A stretch of 64,000 bases of DNA, taken from Gracilinanus agilis. Lineage: Eukaryota. The notes under the pieces were generated by a model that saw only the letters and a list, made by a program, of their open reading frames with translations, searched no databases and was not told the DNA's origin. A program made the position numbers and the translations under genes. The DNA is taken from positions 181,924,847 to 181,988,846 of the forward strand of contig NC_058135.1 of the NCBI RefSeq assembly GCF_016433145.1, in the 5' to 3' direction. Of the stretch, positions 12,762-27,685 are shown piece by piece; the stretch's first letter is position 1; each line of letters begins with the position of its first letter.

Positions 12762-14499
12762 ACCAGTAGGTTTGTTTCAACATAAAGAAAATGCAGATAT
12801 TGAAAAACAAGAAAAAGTCTTATTCTTAAAATTTTTTAGCAACATAACCACAAAACGTTGGATATAGAAATTATTTTATGTTATAAGGGGAAGGTAAGAA
12901 ATTAGCAGTAGAAAATGTATTTGGTTATATATTCTGTATAGCAAACCCAACTGTGTCCATTTGTTGTAAGTTAAAAACAAACTTCAAACATAATTCCTTA
13001 ATTGAATAAACTAGTTCTATAAATATTGGTTTTGAATTGGATGAGACAGAATGTAAAGATGTGCCAGTGCAGAGCACAGTTTCCACTATGAACCCCTAAT
13101 AAAAGCAGCAGCACTTAATTTAATAATCAGATGCATGCCAATAAAGGACTATACTGACTGTTAGTAGATACTCACCAGTACACATTAGTCACATTTCTGA
13201 ATGGACTAGTAAGAAGGGCTATTAAACCAAGGATCTATTCTTTATAATTGTATATTGGTGTACCTTATGAGCTTAATGAGCAGCAAAAGCTATTTTCTTT
13301 CTTTTCGGAATTTTCCATTAATAAGCAAATAAATCCTGTTGACCTAAGATAAAAATAAGCTAATTTTATGAATAGGCTTTGGATATTTTCAGGTACATAT
13401 ATCATAAATTTAGTATTATGTTTTCCAGAAAGTAATAAATCTTCTTTAATTTGTTCAATAAGTCACAAAATTTTCAGTGTTTAAAAGATGTAATAAATGA
13501 ATCACTCAAAGACTTATTTTAATCTTATATTCTTATACATTTGACAATGTGCATGCAATATTCTAGATTATTATGATTCCTTTGACCCTGATCCTTTTAG
13601 TAAACTGGAGGATATAAAATGTATAGTAACTATATTTAGGAAATATAAGTTTAATACCAAATACAGCCATATGTTTGACTCTCCAAATTTATTTCGAGGG
13701 GTACCTGCATTTAATTCCGAATATAGGGATATTTTAATGTCTTAATATCGTCATCTAATCCATAGTTCTATGAAATTAAAAATATATTTTCTTATCTGAA
13801 ATTTTTGCACAATTAAATAATCTATTTGAATTTTAAACATGAAAGAGACTTTAAAAATCAATCTATACAAATATTACAGTTGACGAAATTAAAACCCATA
13901 ATGGTTAAAAGACTTGACAAAGTTCTACACATGTAGTAATTGAAATAGGATTTGAATTCAGGGTCTTTTAACTTCAAATACAATTTAGCTTAGTAAGAAG
14001 AATGTTATAATGGGAATCAGAAATTTGACCTCTGACACAATAGTTGTATAATCCATTGGAAAGTCAGCCAACCTCTTTAAGCCTCACCTTCCCCAGTTAT
14101 TAAAAAAAAATCTTTAGGACCTATCTAACAAAGTTATTAAGGCGTTTAAATGAGAAGACAAATGTTAAATATTTCGAAGTTTTTAAAAATGCATTCTCTT
14201 TATTAATTTGTGACTGTGAGATTGTTGCTTCACTTCATGGAGTCCCAATTTCTTTATCTGTAAATTGGACATTTCAATATTTGCATTTCCTGTCTTGTAG
14301 CTGAAGTTGTCATAGTATAAACACTATATTTCATGTAAATATTTTAAACAATGTTTAGTGCTATTTGTTTCTATATACACCTAAGGTTGGGTAGAGGATA
14401 GGGAAGAAAATAATCTCTCTGACTTATTGACCATTAGCTGAATAGAGTCTCCTGTGGCTTTGCCACATACTAGATGCTTATATTGAACTTGTTTGCACT

Positions 14500-14770
14500 G
14501 CCCTCATAAACAAGTCCCAACTACCAACCTATACATCCTAAACTATTCATAGCAACTTTCTTTTTGGTGGCAAAGAATTGGAAATTGAAGGGATGTTCAT
14601 CAATTGGGAAATGGCTAAACATTTACACACACACATACACATATAATATATATATATATACATATATAATTTGTCAAATGATGTCTTCTCTAATGGGGAA
14701 AGGGGAAGGAAGGGGGAATTAGCTAGATATTTTAATGTAACAAACAAGCAAAACATTTTCTTTAAATTAC
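14500..14770 (+). mobile_element. L1 3' fragment with internal deletion/microsatellite
   Basis: attcatagcaactttc..gtggcaaagaattggaaattgaagggatg..aattgggaaatggctaaac (ORF2 C-terminus), then a 3'UTR segment shared with 16770-17040. Confidence 0.7.
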
Positions 14771-15639
14771 CATGGCCATATCCTTTCTTATATATTTCCA
14801 TAGTCTAAATTCAAATGATAGAACTTTTAAAGGTTATACACATAAATTAACAGATGCCAAAGGAAAGAATTTAAAATGAATATTTAATGTGATTGATTCT
14901 TTGATGACATTTTGAAAATAAAATGTTTTCTTGACCAAATGTATGACTAAATTGGAATATAATAAGTAACTAGGATTATAAAGTTTATTATTGAAGGAAG
15001 TATTTATATTTCATAGATAATACATTGAATTATAAAATACTAAAGTCTTCATTTCCAACATACTTTAGAAGTTAGCATGCTGAAAAACTTGTATTCTCTT
15101 ACTGCTTAAAATATATATGTGCAATATATTATTTCAAAGTCTGGTATCACAGATTCTTTGAATGTTGCTTAAATTTTCTTCATTTTCTCAGTGTAAAAAT
15201 ATAAAACTTGAACTGATACATTTTGCAGGTATTAGATTCTTTTATTCTCTGAATAATTCTCATTAGTTAAGAAGTTGCTGGTGCTATTAGTATCATCACC
15301 ATTAAATTTTTTAAAAAAGACAAAAATGAGTCACAGAGAAATTGATTGGCTTGGCTCAAGGTCGTAGCATTAATAAGAGTCAACATTCAAATCAAAGTTT
15401 CTACCTCCAAATCCAGTGATTTAAATGTTGACTCCTGCTAACTCTGTGACCTCTTTCAGGTCTACCACATCAGTCTCTACTGTGAAAACACAAGTACATT
15501 ACTGATTCGTCCTTAGGAAACTGTCAGATTCATAATACCCATATTTGCATAAGCATCTTGGTGGTTCCTGTTACTTTTTCTTTTTGAAATCTGGATGACT
15601 TTTTGATTGTGATTTTTAATGATATCTATTATAGACCTG

Positions 15640-15640
<1 letters not shown>

Positions 15641-15688
<48 letters not shown>

Positions 15689-15690
15689 TA
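15641..15690. repeat. (TA)n microsatellite
   Basis: tatata run. Confidence 0.95.
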
Positions 15691-15720
15691 ATTACTTTAC
15701 AATATCAGGTATAGAATTTC

Positions 15721-16144
15721 TGTAGTCACTCTCGATTTTTGTGAGTTTCAAATGTATAATTTAAAGTGTTCTAAGTCCTGGGACAATACATCTCCCAGGA
15801 CTCCCTAGCACAAATTCCTCAGACACATCCCACTTATTTTGTGGGAAGTGTCTGAAGAGAGAGGCAGGTGTAGGGGCTTTGGGCACCTTTTCCCCCCAGA
15901 GGTGCCTTTTTTGGAGAACTGTGGAGAGCCTTGGTCCCCTTGGAGATCTAATTCCTAACCTTTTCCTTTACCTAACTTTTTCTAATCTAAATAAACCCAG
16001 CTATTCTATCCCTAAAGTTGTAAACTGATTTTTATTGAGCTCCAAAGGGCTCAGGTCAATTCCTCATCTAGGCTGGGGGCTACTGGCTCAGCTACCTTCC
16101 TCCTATTCCCTTTCCCTTCCTTTCCTCCCTTCTTTCACACAACA
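15721..16144 (+). mobile_element. Solo LTR (about 420 bp)
   Basis: TGTAG start, AATAAA near 15990, ...CAACA end; no clean TSD seen. Confidence 0.65.
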
Positions 16145-16769
16145 CAAGAAAATTTAAATGAAAAGCCTGAATTAGAAAATTCTTCCTTTTAAAATTTTAT
16201 TGCAGTGGCATTGAGTTCCTGATAGATACATCAATGTAGAAACAATAGAGTTAGACATTTGACTAGGAATTTTTATTCATTTTTAGGAGATTAAAATTTG
16301 AGTTGCACAACCACTGAGGGAGGTGGAAAGATAAAGTAATACTAAGTGTCCAAATAATTTCAGAATAGAAAAGCCATTAGTTTCTTCATCTGCAAAAGGC
16401 AAGGCCTAGGCTAGGTGACATCGAAGATGCCATGCAGCTCTAAATATAAAATCTTTGAATAATTATTTTATCTGTATAGTTTGTTTTGAAGAAGGGAATA
16501 ATCAAAGCAAAACAAAATTGTCTAAAGTCATGTATTCATTCTTTTTTTTAAGTTGAATTGAATGCCTACTACTATTTATGCAAGGTTCTTTGAAGATTAC
16601 AAAAAATGTCCTAACAGAGCTCCTTCCCTCCAATAACTAAGTGGAAAAGGCTATAAACAAAAATAACAATGATGCAGAGCAATAGCTAAGAGTCACTGAA
16701 ATGGTATAAATCAAATTATATATGTCAGACACAGATAGTAGACACAAAATCCTATAATACTTTGGAAAA

Positions 16770-17040
16770 CCAGATTAAATTGAAAGACCTATATGAACTT
16801 ATGAAAAGTGAAATGAGCAGAACGAAGAGAACATTATAGCCAGCAACAGAAATATTGTTTGAAAAATGAATTGTATATTTCCACCTCCAGAGAAAGGACT
16901 TATAAATAAGACATAGTTTTATATATACATATATCTTTTGTCAAATGATGCCTTCTCTAATGGGAAGAGGGTAGAAAGAAAGGATATTAACTAGGTGTTT
17001 TAATGTAAAAAGCAAGTGAATAAGTAAAATATAAAACTTA
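16770..17040 (+). mobile_element. L1 3' fragment
   Basis: gacctatatgaacttatgaaaagtgaaatgagcagaacgaagagaacatta... (DLYELMKSEMSRTKRTL, L1 ORF2 end). Confidence 0.7.
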
Positions 17041-19644
17041 AGTTTACAATGTACTTGGGAAATATTAAATTAAAAAATAGCAGAATATAGATATATGCCT
17101 TTCTAAATCAGATTGCAGCTTGGAGGGATCCTTAGATGTAGATTGAGTTTGATATCACTGAACAAATTGCTAGGTTAGCACTAAGGGGAGATAGATGTTT
17201 CTAACTGCTGGAAGGGGAAGGGACCAAGAATGCCTTCCTACACATCATTTCATATGCAAAGAGATATTATATGCTAATTTCATAAATTATATTTTGTAGA
17301 GAAATGTCAGGCTATATTAAAATAAAACATTCAATAGTTTCAAACAGTTTTCAAAAAAGTTTATGCTAATTTATTTATCATTACTATTGATTTATTATTT
17401 TAATAATATGTAGAATATAAGCTTCTTGGTGGCAGGGAGAATTTTATTCTTTTTTTTCCCTTTTTATCCCCAGAACCTAATAGAACTTTACGTGTGGTAG
17501 GTATTTAATATATATTTTTGACTGATTCTTGATTTATAGAGCATTTAGACTATACAAAAGACAAAAACCATTCATTTGCTCCATGGTCAAAGATATAAGT
17601 GAAATTAACATTTACCTCATCTTCATGTTATGTCACTTTGTCAAGTATTTACATGTTTACAAATATTTAGATGCTAGGTTTATCATTTCCTTTTCATTAC
17701 TCTAGCAATGTATGGATATCTTATTAATACACCTGATTCTGCCTTTTTTTTCAGTGGGAACAGATTTGCTGAAGGTCTAAACTTTTCATGTGTAAGCAAT
17801 TAAAAATAGTTATCTCTAATACAATAAACCTAACTATGTATATAAATATTTTGAATGTATTCTGGAAAAAAAACCTTTATATTAACATTTTGGTCCACAT
17901 GAATTAAAATAGAAAATTTGATTTTTTCCCCATTGTTAGGTGAGATTTTAATTCAAGTCACTTCAACAAACATTTAAAAATTACATATAATAAATACATA
18001 AGAGCATAAATTAGATCTATCACTTACCATACTACCTCCTATATACTATGTGCTTAATAAATATCTATTGATTAATTGATTAGGTTCTTTAATTTAAAAG
18101 CTAAACATAAATTGCACTCAAGTTATATGAGAAGCATTGTAGTAGTAAACAGAGAGTTTGCCTGAGAATCAAAAGGTGGTGGTTCTAATCTTACTTCCAC
18201 CATAATGGCCATGTGATTGTAGATAAGTCGCTTAACCTCTCAATGTACTTTATATTCAAATTTAATGTGATTTTGAAAGACAATCAGATGAAAATAAGGT
18301 ACTGATCTCTACACTGATAGAGAACATTTCTCACCAGAAGCTCCCATTGCCAATGAAATCACTTGCCTGGTCAAAAGAAAATGTGCAAGGCACTGTACCA
18401 GGTACTAGGGATTCAAATACAAAAAAGCCAAAACTCCTGATCTACATGATGTCAGCTAATGACTGAAGAGATCAAAGAACAAATCTGAAAACATACTCCA
18501 GAAAGACTGGAGGTGGGAAAGAGCAAGAAAAACTGGGGTTTGGGGGTAGGTAGATGTCTTCAAGACCCTGAAAAAAGACATGACTTCTGAAAGAAATGAG
18601 GTGTTAGCATTATATATATATATATATATTACCCCCCCCAGGCATGGATAAAGTCAGGAGACAATTGTCCTATTAAATTATACTTCATATAGACATAACC
18701 AGCAAAATGGATAAAGTGCTGATCCTATATTCAGAACTGGATTTGAGTCACACCGAGCATGAGTAAGTCATTTAATGTCTCAGTGTCTCTGTTTCCTCAT
18801 CTACAAAATAATACTATGTCCTCTGTCTACTTCACAGATATGATATGAAGAAAAAAACTTTTCAGATCTTAAAGTGCCAAAAAATAGTATTTTTCTTCTC
18901 ACCTATAGGCACATGTTTAAACCAACAAAGCTAACTTCTTTATTTTTTTTTTTAAAGAGGAACCTATGAACTCTCCTTTTTCATTCTTTTAATGTCTTCT
19001 GTTTTGAATTATAATGAAAATACTCACAGTGATGTGATATGGTTTTTCCAGGAGGGTTTTTAATTCTCAATTTAGGGAACCAACAGTTTATTTTTTTGCC
19101 TTTTCAAAAAAATTTTTTTTCAGAATGAAATGTCAGTACAATTTTTCAATATTCATTTTCTATTGTGCAATCCATGTTCTCCCACCCCTTCCACTTCCCA
19201 AGAAGGCAGGTAATATGATATAGTCGGTACCTGTTTTATCATATAACATATATTTCCATGTTTATCATGAGAAAAAGGACACATTTTCAATACAGAAAAA
19301 TTCATGGAGGAAATAAAGAATGGTATGTTTCAATTTGTATTTAGACTGATTTTTTTTCTTTTTTCCTATTCCTCAATCAAGTTGTTGCTTTCATATTGAG
19401 CATAACCCTAGGGGTATGTCATTACTCAGAATGCCATGAAGGCAAAACTGAGAACAAAATATGGAAGTATTCTGTTTGTTTGTTGTGTTTTGTTTTTGCC
19501 TTAGTAATCCAAGTATCCATAAAGGTTTTATTGTTTGGTTTCCTCTGAACTATCAAAGGAAACATGTACATGTATATATAATATATGCTTGTGCTATATA
19601 TGTGGCCTTCTAATACCAAGATATGGTTCAGATAGATGGCCTTA

Positions 19645-20110
19645 TTAAAGGTCTTATTATAAACAAATTAAAGAGAAATATGGAAAAATGCCCATCAAAT
19701 ATCTGGACAGAGAAAAAGTTTATGACCAAAAAAGTCATAAAAAAGATCATAAAAGACAAAATGAATAATTTTGATTACTTCACATTAAAATAAGGTTTTC
19801 GTAAATCAAATCCAGTAAATTTAAGAGTAAAAGGGAAATGATTTACTTGGAGGGGAAAAAAATATTTGCAGCAAGTTTCTCTGAAAAACATCTCACCAAG
19901 ATTTATAAGAAACTCATTCAAATTCATGCAAATATGAGCCATTTTCCAATTGACATATGGTCTGCAGATATGAACACACAGATCTGCAGGGAAGAAATTC
20001 CAAATATCTATAGTTGAATTTTTTTAATGCTCCAAGTCACTAGTAATTAATGTAATTCAAATTAAAGCAATTTTGAAATTCTACTTCACAACTCTACATC
20101 AGAATTCTAA
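19645..20110 (+). mobile_element. Degraded L1 ORF2 C-terminal fragment
   Basis: Motifs such as agagaaaaagtttatgaccaaa, ttttgattac..attaaaa..ttt, aaatatttgcagcaagtttctctga, caaattaaagcaattttga. Confidence 0.65.
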
Positions 20111-20444
20111 AAATGAACAATTTTTATGAATTTTATATATTGATGGAGAATTAAATATCAGAACCAGGAGAATAATTTGTTAACTTTGTAAAGACAACCA
20201 AATTTTAAAGGTATCAAAATAATGATCAATACAAGTCCATAATGCAAGAGGACTAATAATAAAAAGCAAACCTCTTGACATTGTTCAAGATGAACCATAT
20301 ATGCATATTTTTTCATCCTCAAAAGGAAAAAAATAGATAAAACCATATGTAACAATAATAATTGCTATACTGATTACTATGTAGTAGATATTACGAAAAG
20401 CACATTACTATTATTCCTCCAGCTACTAATTGTCTCAGTCTAGA

Positions 20445-21130
20445 TTTGAACTTAGATATTCTTTATTTTTGAATATTTTTCCACGGTTACATGATTCATA
20501 ATCCCCCATCCCCTACTTTTTTCTCCCCCATCCCAAAGCCAAGAAACAGTTTGGGTTATACATGTATCATTGTTCAAAACATATTTCTATGTTATTCATA
20601 TTTTCAGTAGAATGATCCTTTAACATCAAAACCCTAATCACATCTCTATCACACTGCATGATTGAACATATATTTTTCTGGCTCCACAGTTCTTTCTCTG
20701 GATGTGGATAGAGGTCTTTCTCCTAAGTTCCTCTGAATTGTCCTGGGTCATTGCATTGCTATGGTAAAAAAGTCTATTATGTTCGATTGTGCCACAGTAT
20801 ATCAGTCTCTGTGTATAAGGTTCTCCTGGTTCTGCTCCTTTCACTCTGCATCAGTTCCTGGAGGTCATTCCAGTTCACATGGAATTCCGCCAGTTCATTA
20901 TTCCTTTGAGCACAATAATATTCCACCACCATCAGATACTGCAATTTGTTTAGCCATTCCCCAATCAAAGGGTATCCCCTTATTTTCCAATTTTTTGCCA
21001 CCACAAAAAGCACACCTAAGAATATTTTTGTACAAGTCTTTTTCCTTATTATCTCTTTGGGGTACAAACCCCACAGTAGTATGGCTGAATCAAAGGGCAC
21101 AGAGTCTTTTAAAGCCCTTTGCCCATATGA
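20445..21130 (-). mobile_element. L1 3' end (ORF2 C-terminus + 3'UTR), relatively young
   Basis: ORF 20777-21100: KTCTKIFLGVLFVVAKNWK..YPLIGEWLNKL..DLQELMQSERSRTRRTLY. Confidence 0.9.
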
Positions 21131-22123
21131 ATTTGGATATTTTTGACTACATTACTAGCATTCTTATTCACAGTGCCACCTTAGCTTCCCTAATAGATAA
21201 AAATATGTTAAAAAGAAATTATGATTGTTTGAAGTAATATTTTACCTTTAGAAGGTGAATGTCAAGAAAAATAATCATATTCTTCTCAGGAAATGTTATG
21301 ATTCCACTTATTTTATGTTTTTTTTTTAATTTGTTGGTAAATTTTGTTTTTACAAAAGCTGATCAATTTCCTAAGAACCCATCTGCTGAATTCTGACATT
21401 GGAGATGAATGTTGGAATTGCATATTTAACCAATCATACAGTTTTATGGGCCAGTTGGCCACATTTCCCTTCACATAGGTGAAATTGTTCAGCCATGCAT
21501 ACTGCTAAAGAATTATTTGTTTCTAGATCCTTCACTGTTTGTATCCTAAACATGATTGGATTTTCAGACTCTAAGGAATAAATTATTGAAACCTTTTCAT
21601 AGAATTCCTGGACTTGGAAGTCCCTCATCATACAAGCATCCTTGGCTTCTTTTTGGCCTTTAAGAAACAGAATGGTATTAAATATTCTATGAATCTTACC
21701 CAAAAATGCTCCTAAAGCTCTGTTCTGTAGTGTTAAGTGGAATTTATGTTCTAATTATTTGAAAATTGACTATCCATAAATGATTTAGTTTTCTATTAAC
21801 CAGATTATTTGTCAAACTATAACTATTCAGTCCCCCCAACACTGACAAATGGCAGGCATTGAATATAATCTTACTATCTTAGAGGAGAAAAGGCCTCATG
21901 TGTCCTTTAGTACAATACTTATCCATATCATGAATACAATCAGCAACATCATAAAAATGGTTATTCAGTTGGTCGACCAACAGACTTTTATTAACTGTAT
22001 ATTACATACCAGACAAGACAAAGATTAAAATGAAATGCCCCCTACCCTCCAGGAACTTGGACTTATCGAGGGAGAGAGAACGTTTATGTGAGGATATTAT
22101 AATTTACAAATTTACGTTTAATA

Positions 22124-22181
<58 letters not shown>
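22124..22181. repeat. (TA)n microsatellite
   Basis: tatata run. Confidence 0.95.
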
Positions 22182-22183
<2 letters not shown>

Positions 22184-22469
22184 TAATAGGGAAAGAGGAA
22201 ACACTAACCCTAGGCCAATTTGAAAGGTCACATATTTGAGCTAGATTTTGAGAGAAATTGAGATTCTAAGAGGCACAGATGAGGAGAGAATATATTCTAG
22301 GCATAGAAATAACTTGGGCAAAGGCAAAAAGACAGAAGATATAATATATATGAGGAACAGCATTTAGACAGTTTGACTGGATTGTAGAATGAAAAATTTA
22401 AAAAGACCAATTCCCATTCAGATATCTCTTCTTGGATTTCAACTGAGAGATAATAGTAGAGAGTCACAA

Positions 22470-23420
22470 GAGTTTATTGAGTATTGGTCTTCCAGATGAA
22501 CTTTTTAATATTTTTCTAATTTTAAAAAAAAAGTGTTTTGGTAGTTTGATAGGTAGTGCACTGAATAAGTAAATGAATTTAGGTAGGATTGTCATTTTTA
22601 TTATATTAGCTCTTGATCTAGTTTTATTTGTGTGAGGAGTGTTTTGTAGTTATGTTCATATAATTCCTGAATTTGTCTTGGCAAGTAGATTCCCAGGTAT
22701 TTTATATTGTCTAGAGTGATTTTAAGTGGAGTTTCTCTTTCTAGCTCTTGCTGCTGGGTTTTTTTGGAAATGTATAGAAATGCTGATGATTTCTGTGGGG
22801 TTTTTTGTACCCTGCAACTTTGTTAAAGTTATAGATTATTTCTACTAGGTATTTAGTTGATTTTCTTGGATTTTCTAGGTATACCATCATGTAATCTGTG
22901 AAGAGTGATAGTTTCAATTCCTCATTGCCTACTTTGATCCCTTCAATTTCTTTTTCTTCTCTAATTGCTTCTGCTAGAATTTCTAATACAATATTAAATA
23001 GTAGTGGTGATAATGGACATCCCTGCTTCTCTCCTGATCTTTTTGGGAAAGCATCTAACTTATCCCCATGGAAGATACTTGCTGATGGTTTCAAATAAAT
23101 ATGTTTATTATTTTGAGAAAAAGCCCTTTTATTCCTATATTTTCTCATGTTTCTATAGGAATGGGTGTTGTATGTAGTCAAAGGCTTTTTCTGCATTCAT
23201 TAAGATAGTCATGTGATTTCTATTAGTTTGGATGTTGATATGGTCAGCTATGTAGACAGTTTTCCTAATATTAAACCATCCTTGCATTCCTAGTATAAAT
23301 CCCACTTGGTCATAGTGAATAATTCTTGTGATAATTTGCTGTAGCCTTTTAACTGTTATTTTATTTAATATTTTTGTATCGATGTTCATTAAGGATACTG
23401 CTATTTAGTTTTCCTTCTCT
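22470..23420 (-). mobile_element. L1 ORF2 reverse-transcriptase domain fragment, frameshifted
   Basis: [63 protein letters not shown]. Confidence 0.95.
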
Positions 23421-24426
23421 GTGTATGGTGAGTATTAGAATGACCTAAACTTTTTCCAATTATGTTATTGAGAAACTAGACTTGGAATCATACAGAGCTG
23501 AGCTCAGATATCATCTCAAATACTTACTGGCTGGGTGATACTTGGAAAATCTCTCTATTTTTCAGTTTCCTCAAAGTCTCTTCCAGCTATTAAATTATAA
23601 GCTTATGATCTATGAACCTTTGACAAAAACAAAATAGTTTGTCCTTAAGGAGTTTACAATTCTATTAATTGAAGGGAGGAGATAAGGAAAGGAATGTATA
23701 AGCATAAGAAAATACTAACTATAAACTAAGTAAAATTACAAAATAATTTGTGGGCCAGAGGAAGAACACTAAAAAAAGCATTTTAGAATTTCTTCTGTAA
23801 GTATTGAAAGAACAAGTACGAGGCAAGTTGAATAAATATTATATTTGTTTTGAAAATATAATTTAGAAATACTTGCTCAGCTGTTGGCCTGCCATGTTGT
23901 TATGCATATATTAAATTCCAGAATGCAGCTAAATAAACTCTGAATAAGAAATGAAACAGCTTTGTATTAGTTAAGCTTTCTTCTCATAAAGGGGGGGGGG
24001 GGGAAAGAACTTATCTGGAAACATGGTTATTATTCTTCTCATTGGATATAATAAGCTGCCGAGGTCAGGGGCCATGCTATTTTTCCTATGTGCATTTTTC
24101 TAGGGTACCTGCCAATCACTCCCATTACTATTAGCACCTTCAGGAAAAGGTATTTATAATGTTAATGAAATATACTGAACAACAGTGTTAACTCAATTTT
24201 TTTCCCCTATGTGGATTGGCCTTTCTTGAAAGTCTCAGTTTACTTCCTTTAGATAAATAGTGCTTATAGTTCTTTCTTACCACCTAGAGGAGAAAGTGGA
24301 AATATGTTTAATTTCATGTGATAACATTGTTCCCAGGTGACAGAGCATAAGATTCAGAAAAATCGTCCATTTATTTATAATCCTATTTAAAGCTTGTCAA
24401 TATGACTTTGTTAAGTGAGCTTGGAA

Positions 24427-24457
<31 letters not shown>

Positions 24458-26455
24458 AAGTCTTAGTTGAGGAGAGGATATATATATACTTATACGCAAG
24501 GCAATGGTCACTAAAAAGGGACATTAATATTTTATAATTTTATTCTTTTACCAAAGCCTTGGTATTTAAATAGTAGCATGGGCTAGATAATCTGTATTTA
24601 AAATGTCAGACCTGTGACTTTATATAATGGAGCCTTCTTTGGAATAGTAGAAGGAACATTGACTTTCTAACAGAAGACTCAATTCTAAGTACTAATATGT
24701 TCCTACTTATCAGATGTTACCTTTGGATCATTACTTAACTTCTTTGAGAGTTTATTGAACTATCTATAAAATTTGGGCACGCATACTTACATTGACTATC
24801 TCATAAGATTTTGAATGGAATACATGAGATAATTTCTATCCAAAGCTATATAAATGTGATATGTATAAATATAAATGTGTAAATACTCTTATGAGTAATA
24901 AGTAATAATAATAATATAAAATGGAAGGTGAACTAATGTGATTCAGATTCACAAATTCATGATAAACTCTAAGATAGATGTGCTGCTAATGAAAGAATAT
25001 AAAAGATTCATATCATATAGTATATATGATAAAGAAAAATTATGGAGATGGAGCTCATAAAGAGTATACATACACACACCTATAAAATACTTCACAAATA
25101 TAATTGCACAGAAGGCTTGGTTTTATAAAGTCAAAATCTTAGAATTAATAAGTATTTGGAATTTATGATTTCTAATAGATTTATGGATGATCCAGTAGGA
25201 AATTTCTTTTTATATTTATCATGAGATTTAATTTTAATTTTTTTCAGAACCAGAAAGTATTCAAATGAGATCTCTGTTCCAAATTCTGAGAAACAATTTG
25301 CTCATTCTCTTTCAACTGGTCAAAATTTAGAAAAGTATTTGCAGCCATTAAAAGCAAGTATTTTTAAACAAATGAATTAGAACTTTGTTTTCAGTAAAAC
25401 CTTAATGTCATCCAACATGAAAATGCTGTAGTCTGTGTCATAGATTCACATGAAGTTCATGGATTAAGAGTTAAACCAATAAAATATTAAATGGAATTGG
25501 AGAGCTGGTTAGAGAAAGCATTGGTTCCTCTTGTCCCTCTAATGTTTTTAAATTCAAAATCATGGAGAAAAGGGATGTATGTGCATGTATGTGATTATGG
25601 GAGGGAAGGGTAATATGTTTGTGTTGATAGATTTAGGTATGGTTTTTCTATAGAGTATCAAATAATTTATATTTATTAAGTTATCTTGTTTTCATTTTGT
25701 ATTTATTTTGTATTCACTTTCCTGCACGCATGCCATTTCTCTCTATTGGGACAGAAGCTCCACGAGTTCAGAGACAAGTTGATTTTTGTCTCTGTATTCC
25801 CGGTATTTTTCATAGTGCATGGCATCCAGTAGGTATTCAATGATTGCTTGCTTAATTGAACTGAATTTAAAAAGCTTTCATTGAAAAACATTTTTTTAAA
25901 ATGAGCAACTATTTCATCTAGGGCTCATGGCTTGGCTGAGAAACTGTTAAAGTTTAATATTAGTATTTTTATTTTACTAGATGGCCAACTCCAAGTAAGA
26001 AACAACTATGGATTTTTTTCCCTAGATGTTGTGACAGAAAGGAAAGCTATAGATTTGGCCTTGACTTTCATAAAATGAGAATTTATGTGTCATTTCTGAA
26101 AGATAAGTTTCTCAAGCAACTGAAGATTCTAAACTATTTTCTTCTTTCCTAGCAAAAGCTAATATGATTACCTTGGTAAATAAATCTGATAACAGTTAAG
26201 ACTATCTGATGAAGTTGTACCTCTTTTTAAAATTCATCATATATGCATGTTAGGCAAACACAAAATATGTTTCAGAAGAGCTTACATTACATAAAATAGG
26301 ATCATTTACATATATACACTTTTATTGCCCCTCTGTCCTGTGAAGAAAAGTCATAAGAAGAATATTTAAAAGGTTCTACAACATGACACTACAGTGAAAA
26401 AGTTATAGTCAAAAACCTTCAATTATCTATATGAACCTGAGCAAATCACTTAGAC

Positions 26456-26661
26456 CAGTGATGGACAAACTATGGCCCACACACGGCAGATGTGGCCCCC
26501 TGAAATGTTCTATCCCACCACATGACATTATTCTTAATCTGATGAATACAATGAGTAGGATAGAATTCAATGGAACTTTTAAAGAGTTGCCTCAGAAACA
26601 GACTGATAGATGAGCATTTCCTTTCCTTTGACCCCCTCTTTAAAAAGTTTGCCCATCACTG
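26456..26661 (+). mobile_element. hAT MITE inserted into a MIR-like core SINE
   Basis: TIRs cagtgatggacaaact / agtttgcccatcactg; 8-bp TSD ACTTAGAC/ACCTAGAC. Confidence 0.9.
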
Positions 26662-27418
26662 ACCTAGACTCATCTGTTGCTTCATCTGTAAATTGATGGG
26701 GTTGGACCAAATATCTTCTAAATTTGCTTCCAGCTTTAAATTCTTATAAGAAGTATAGGAGAAGGGAAAAGGGAAATAACTTCACAAAGAGAGATGGAAA
26801 GAAATTAAAATAGATATGTATTTAGAGTTGTAGCAATGAAAATAGATAAGGAAAACACAATTTATTGTTTTAAAAATACCTTAAAAACAAATGTTGTTGC
26901 CATTTCTGCTTTTTCCAGCCTTTTGAAGTAGTAATGTTGAAATTTTCCTATTTGTGAACATGATGTGCTCTTCTTGTCTTCCCTTCTGTATCTATTTGGA
27001 ACAACAACAAAAAAAAGAAATTAGTTCTATTGAATAGAAAGACATTCCATTGCCAACTCCAATCCTTCCTCCAAGAGTGTCAAGACAAGCTTAATTGAGC
27101 AATGCCTAGAGAATTTGCCCCTACCAGTACCTCATATTGGTAGTCTAAGAAAGGCTTCATGGCAATATGTAGAAAAGTCATCTCCAGAAATAAACTGAAG
27201 ACAGTAAGACTTTCCTAGAGCAGTAAAACTGCTTTTCCTCAGGGTCTCTTTCTTTAAGCTCAGATGGCCTTTACGAACCAAGGAAAAGAGTGTTGCTATT
27301 CAACTTTAAAATATGAAGTATTTATTTTCTCCCCTATTTCTAAGTAAATTTCTGAGGTTTGTCTGATTCTCTTCACCTTGTTAAAAAGTAGGTGCCATTT
27401 GCAAGAAGAATGATTCCA

Positions 27419-27632
27419 AGGGGGCAGCTGGGTAGCTCAGTGGATTGAGAGCCAGGCCTAGAGACAGGAGGTCCTAGGTTCAAATCTGGCCTCAGACACT
27501 TCCCAGCTGTGTGACCCTGGGCAAGTCACTTGACCCCCATTGCCTACCCTTACCACTCTTCCACCTACGAGACAATACACAGTATTGAATCCAAGGCAGA
27601 AGGAGGTATGGGTTTAAAAAAAAAAGAAGAAG
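27419..27632 (+). mobile_element. SINE1_Mdo-type tRNA-derived SINE
   Basis: ggggcagctgggtagctcagtggattgagagccaggcctag head with A/B boxes, A tail; 16-bp TSD aagaagaatgattcca (27403-27418 / 27633-27648). Confidence 0.95.
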
Positions 27633-27685
27633 AAGAAGAATGATTCCAGAACTCCTAAGTTGTCTCTGACACTTCTCTAACTGGT

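Noticed and set aside
12840-26175. Plus-strand micro-exon candidates (12840-12893, 17755-17791, 26153-26175) with good AG/GT signals
   Set aside because: Phases do not chain, the peptides match nothing I recognise, and such hits are expected by chance
27419-27500. tRNA-like A/B boxes as tRNA genes (also at 35103, 38496 and 60700)
   Set aside because: These are SINE heads with SINE bodies, A-tails and TSDs; no complete cloverleaf
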